This document shows positions 53,479 to 64,000 of a stretch of DNA of 64,000 nt, piece after piece. Source of the DNA: Eledone cirrhosa. Taxonomy: Eukaryota. The notes under the pieces were generated by a model. The model was not told the origin of the DNA. It did no database searches and worked only from the letters and a program-made list of their open reading frames with translations. The stretch's first letter is position 1. Each line of letters begins with the position of its first letter. A program made the translations under genes and the position numbers. The stretch covers positions 18,166,001-18,230,000 of the forward strand of contig OZ024762.1 of the NCBI GenBank assembly GCA_964016885.1, written 5' to 3'.

Positions 53479-54175
53479 AAGCATTTATCTCTCTCTCCCC
53501 TTCACATCCATAAGCCTATTTGGATTTATTCAACATGGACGTACCAAATTCTTGTTTTTAAATTAAAGCATTTATCTCTCTCTCCCCTTCACATCCATAA
53601 GCCTATTTGGATTTATTCAATATGGACGTACCCAATTCTTGTTTTTAAATTAAAGCATTTATCTCTCGCTCTCCCCTTCACATCCATAAGCCTATCTGGA
53701 TTTATTCAACATGGACGTACCAAATTCTTGTTTTTAAATTAAAGCATTTATCTCTCTCTCCCCTTCACATCCATAAGCCTATTTGGATTTATTCAATATG
53801 GACGTACCAAATTCTTGTTTTTAAATTAAAGCATTTATCTCTCTCTCCCCTTCACATCCATAAGCCTATTTGGATTTATTCAACATGGACGTACCAAATT
53901 CTTGTTTTTAAATTAAAGCATTTATCTCTCTCTCCCCTTCACATCCATAAGCCTATTTGGATTTATTCAACATGGACGTACCAAATTCTTGTTTTTAAAT
54001 TAAAGCATTTATCTCTCTCTCCCCTTCACATCCATAAGCCTATTTGGATTTATTCAACATGGACGTACCAAATTCTTGTTTTTAAATTAAAGCATTTATC
54101 TCTCTCTCCCCTTCACATCCATAAGCCTATTTGGATTTATTCAACATGGACGTACCAAATTCTTGTTTTTAAATT
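53479..54175. repeat. 87-bp tandem repeat, about 8 copies
   Basis: GCATTT recurs at 53481, 53568 etc. Confidence 0.92.
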
Positions 54176-54813
54176 ATTTCGCAGCCATCTATAGCTTTTA
54201 TTTCTCAAACATTTTCCCCAAAACAAATCAAAGTATTCCAATTCATCCTTTAGTTTTAAACTCATTTTATTTTATTTTCATACAAAAACCAGTATGCTGC
54301 TCTTATCCTCTCTTGTTTTCTATCTCTGTCTCTCTCTCTCAATCAACTCATCCTACTCTGTTTACATCCCTTTTTCTCTCTCTCTCCTCTCGTCCATAAG
54401 CTTATTTGGATTTATACATGTGAAAACACATAGCTTAGTGGTTAGAGCATTGGGCATGCAATCACGAGGTTGTGAGTTCAATTCTTGGGCCCGGTGATGC
54501 ATTATGTCGTTGAGTACAAGAAAGACACTTTATTTCACATTGCTGCAGTTCACTCAGCTGTAGAAATGAGTTGTGACGTCACTGGTGCCAAGCTGTATCG
54601 ACCATTGCCTTTCTCTTGGACAACATAGGTAGTGTGGAGAGGGAAGGCTGGTATACATGGGTGACTGCTGGTCTTTCATAAACAACCTTGCCCAGGCTTG
54701 TGACTCAGAGGGGGAACTTTCTAGGCACAAATCACATTGTCATTCGTGATGAAAAGGGGTCTTTACCTTTACTCTTTATATATATATATATATATATAGT
54801 AAGATAGTGTTAC

Positions 54814-54902
54814 CTGCTGGACACCCTCTCCTCCAACATCCCTCAGTTGATGAATACCAGGCACACTACCAATCTTATCAACTTCATCAAGAAATATGAT
54901 CC
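54814..54902 (-). CDS. CLPX: CLPX exon ([30 protein letters not shown]), Walker B
   Basis: cag/gtaac, phase 1-0. Confidence 0.96.
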
Positions 54903-55021
54903 CTGGAAGTAAACAAGGGTTGAAAACATGTAACACAGGTAGAAAATTTACTTAACAGCGTGGTCAGGGGCAAGATACTTAACAGGGCACATTTAACAGG
55001 AGTGGAAAACTTACTAGTTAA

Positions 55022-55251
55022 CCCTTTAGTTGCCAACCTGGCCAAAACCAACTCTGCTTCTATGAGATAAAACCACCAAGTTTAAAGATTTTCAGTTTAT
55101 ATTAAAATCTTCCAACATAATTTTATATAAAAACCTTACATTAAATTACTATCATAGTAATGAAATAATTAATAATTTTAGTAAATCCCTCAAAATTCTT
55201 CATTAATTAATTAAAATAGAGTGCAATTCTTAGAATAGGGCCATGAAAAGG
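55022..55251. mobile_element. Second TTAA-flanked MITE family (related at 63245-63529 and 48880-49580)
   Basis: TTAA-CCCTTT...AAAAGG-TTAA and shared internal sequence. Confidence 0.6.
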
Positions 55252-55272
55252 TTAACAGAGGGGTGGGATTTA

Positions 55273-61504
<6,232 letters not shown>

Positions 61505-61556
61505 GCTGTTACTAAAACTCCCCTAAAGTGGTACCACCGTAGAACATTGCTCTCAC

Positions 61557-61778
61557 CTGAACCAGTGGGACCGAACATTAGTATGTTACTTTTCTCCAGC
61601 TTGAAATCGTACGCGTTTGATTCAAGGATACCGGAGCCGTGTGTACCCTCACGTGTCTGCTGCTGTTGGCTCGGCTGTTGTTGCTGCTGTTGCTGCTGCT
61701 GCTGCTGTTGTTGTTGCTGCTGTTGTTGTAGGCTTGGGCCCAGAGCGCTGCCAGTTACAGCAATCTGTAATAAATCTA
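61557..61778 (-). CDS. CLPX: CLPX exon with polyQ and KLEKSNILMFGPTGS (Walker A first half); alternative acceptor gives start 61775
   Basis: CAGTAG tandem acceptor, gtgag donor, phase 1-1. Confidence 0.92.
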
Positions 61779-61831
61779 CTGAAATAAAGAGAAGAGGTTG
61801 GAAAAGACATGAAAGGCTGTATTCAATTTTC

Positions 61832-62550
61832 AGAGAGAGAGAGAGAGTGAGGGAGGGAGGGAGAAGTGTGAGAAAGAGAAAGAAAGAGTGAGAAGGGAGG
61901 GAAAAGAGGGAGAGAGACAAATGAGAGAGAAAGGGTAAAAAGGGAGAAGAGAGTGACAAGGGAGGAAGAGGGAGAAGAGAGAGTGACAAGGGAGAGGAGA
62001 GAGAGTGACAAGAAAGGGAGAGAGGGAGAGTGACAAGAAAGGGAGAGAGGGAGAGTGACAAGGGAGAGAGGGAGAGTGACAAGGGAGAGAGGGAGAGTGA
62101 CAAGGGAGAGAGGGAGAGTGACAAGGCAGGGAGAGAGGGAGAGTGACAAGGCAGGGAGGGAGAGAGTGACAAGGCAGGGAGGGAGAGAGTGACAAGGCAG
62201 GGAGGGAGAGAGTGACAAGGGAGAAGTGAGTGACAAGGGAGAGAGAGAGTGACAAGAAAGGGAGAGTGACAACGGAGAGAGTGACAAGGGAGAGAAAGAG
62301 GGAGAAGAGAGTGACAAGTGAGGGAGAGGGAGAGAGTGACAAGTGAGGGAGAGGGAGAGAGTGACAAGGGAGAGAGAGAGAGAGTGACAAGGGGGAGAGA
62401 GAGAGAGTGACAAGGGGGAGAGAGATAGGGACAAGAGAGAGAGAGAGATAGAGAGAGAGGGACAAGACATAGAGAGAGATAGAGAGGGAGGGACAAGAAA
62501 GGGAGAGAGAGAGAGAGAGGTAGGGAGAAAGTGAGAAAAGAGGGAGGAGA
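61832..62550. repeat. Purine-rich GAGAGTGACAAGG low-complexity repeat
   Basis: direct reading. Confidence 0.88.
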
Positions 62551-62580
62551 TAAGTGCATAAATTTTAGTAAGGTTTTTAC

Positions 62581-62776
62581 CTCTCGGGCTGAATGTATTG
62601 GGAAACTGGCGAGAATTCTCCACCGTTGACGCTACCTCAGGGTTAGTTTTAGCTGCCGTGGTAGACGGTGGCGGTTGGTTGTTGTAGATTCGTTTGTAGT
62701 GGTTGTAGACAGCAACAGAAAGAACCTTCTTGGCATATTCCTGGCCAACAACATATTTGTCCAGATAGTCATAGAT
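62581..62776 (-). CDS. CLPX: CLPX exon ([33 protein letters not shown]...FSPR)
   Basis: cag/gtaaa, phase 0-1; VAVYNHYKR motif. Confidence 0.95.
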
Positions 62777-63059
62777 CTGTATTGGAACAACAGAACGGAA
62801 TGTAACATTGGAAAACTGGTGATGACCGGGTGGAGGGCAGTGAGGCAGGGATGGGGAGGGGGGTTGGTGTTACTGTGGAGGCCATGGGCACTGTCCCTTC
62901 CTTCTGACTAAGAAAAAAAAAAAAAAAAAGGTCATATCTGCCTGGTCTCAGATCATAATCTATCCAACTCATACCAGCATGGAAAACGATGATGATGATG
63001 ATGAAAACAGTAAAAAAAAAAGGAAGGAAGGAGAAGAAAGGGAGAATGAAATGACCAAC

Positions 63060-63199
63060 CTTTTTAGGGGCCGGTGGGGGAGTTCGAGCTGGTCCTTGGC
63101 GCTCCTCTTTGCTTTCTTTAAAGCTTTTCTTTGAATCCATTTCAGACAAGACCACGAAAAAATGATGACATTTTTCACATTTTACAAACCTGGTCGAAG
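63060..63199 (-). CDS. CLPX: CLPX exon ([19 protein letters not shown]...PPPAPKK), zinc-finger second half; 5' exons lie beyond the window
   Basis: cag/gttgg, phase 1-0; CEKC motif as in metazoan CLPX. Confidence 0.93.
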
Positions 63200-63734
63200 C
63201 TGAGAAAAAGAAAAAAAGAATAAGCAAAATGATAAGATGATTAACCTTTTTCAAACGAACATGGTCCCTAATTGACCCTGGTTCTAAGAAACAAAACCTA
63301 ATACTCTAAAAGGTCCCCCCTAATTGACCCTGGTTCTATGAAACAAAAGTACCCATTCTAAAAGGTTCTTATTCAACTCAAAAAGTTTAAATTAAAATCT
63401 TCCAACATAATTTTATACAAGAACCATATATTAACTTACTATCTTAGTTATGAAATAATTAACAACTAATTAATAACTTTAATTAATTAAAATAGAGTGT
63501 ACTTCATTAGAAATATGGCTAAGAAAAGGTTAAACAGAAATATTAATGTAATAAATGACTGATAAGTTTCAAAAAGCCGATACATCATCACCATCGTTTA
63601 ACGTCTATTTTCCATGCTAGCATGGGTAGGACAAGCTGTCCCATTGTGAGAGATCTAGATTGAAAGGCCGTGTTTCACTCACACAGAACTGATTTTGGAT
63701 TGGTTTCTATGGCTGGATGCCCTTCCTAATGCCA

Positions 63735-64000
63735 ACCACATTTACAGTGTGTGCTGGATCTGTTTTGTTATGATGCCTACACGACCACTTTACAGTGTGG
63801 GCTGGGTGCTTTTGTCGTGACACCTACATGACCACTTTACAGTGTAGACTGGGTGCTGTTTGTCGTGACACTTACACAACCACTTTACAGTGTGGGTTGG
63901 GTGCTTTTGTCATGACACCTACATGACCACTTTACAGTGTGGGCTGGGTGCTTTTGTCGTGACACCTACACGACCACTTTACAGTGTGGACTGGGTGCTT
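63735..64000. repeat. 47-48-bp module array inside a SINE-B-like remnant, runs off the window edge
   Basis: follows GGATGCCCTTCCTAA; units like those at 55908-61504. Confidence 0.85.

Overview
AT-rich, repeat-dense animal genomic DNA. A cephalopod (octopus-like) origin is inferred from the SINE types and microsatellite load, not proven. It holds the 3' halves of two convergent intron-rich genes. On +, 15 exons encode the C-terminal part of a fibrillin: 4 cbEGF, TB domain, 7 EGF/cbEGF, furin site RSKR and an asprosin-like tail, stop at 27298-27300. On -, 9 exons encode mitochondrial CLPX from the zinc-finger end to the stop at 43311-43313. Introns and the intergenic region are filled with two tRNA-derived SINE families, RTE and CR1/L2 LINE fragments, MITEs, Helitron pieces, (TA)n tracts and several minisatellites. 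The main unexplained signal is a dispersed set of minimal type-I hammerhead ribozyme motifs (CTGA[T/A]GA-stem II-GAAA-6 nt-TH). They share an unpaired C in stem II despite different stem sequences and mostly sit in fold-back elements with a common 3' motif, most likely non-autonomous Penelope-like relics. Three of them lie on the sense strand of a single fibrillin intron. All coordinates were read by eye and no database searches were run.
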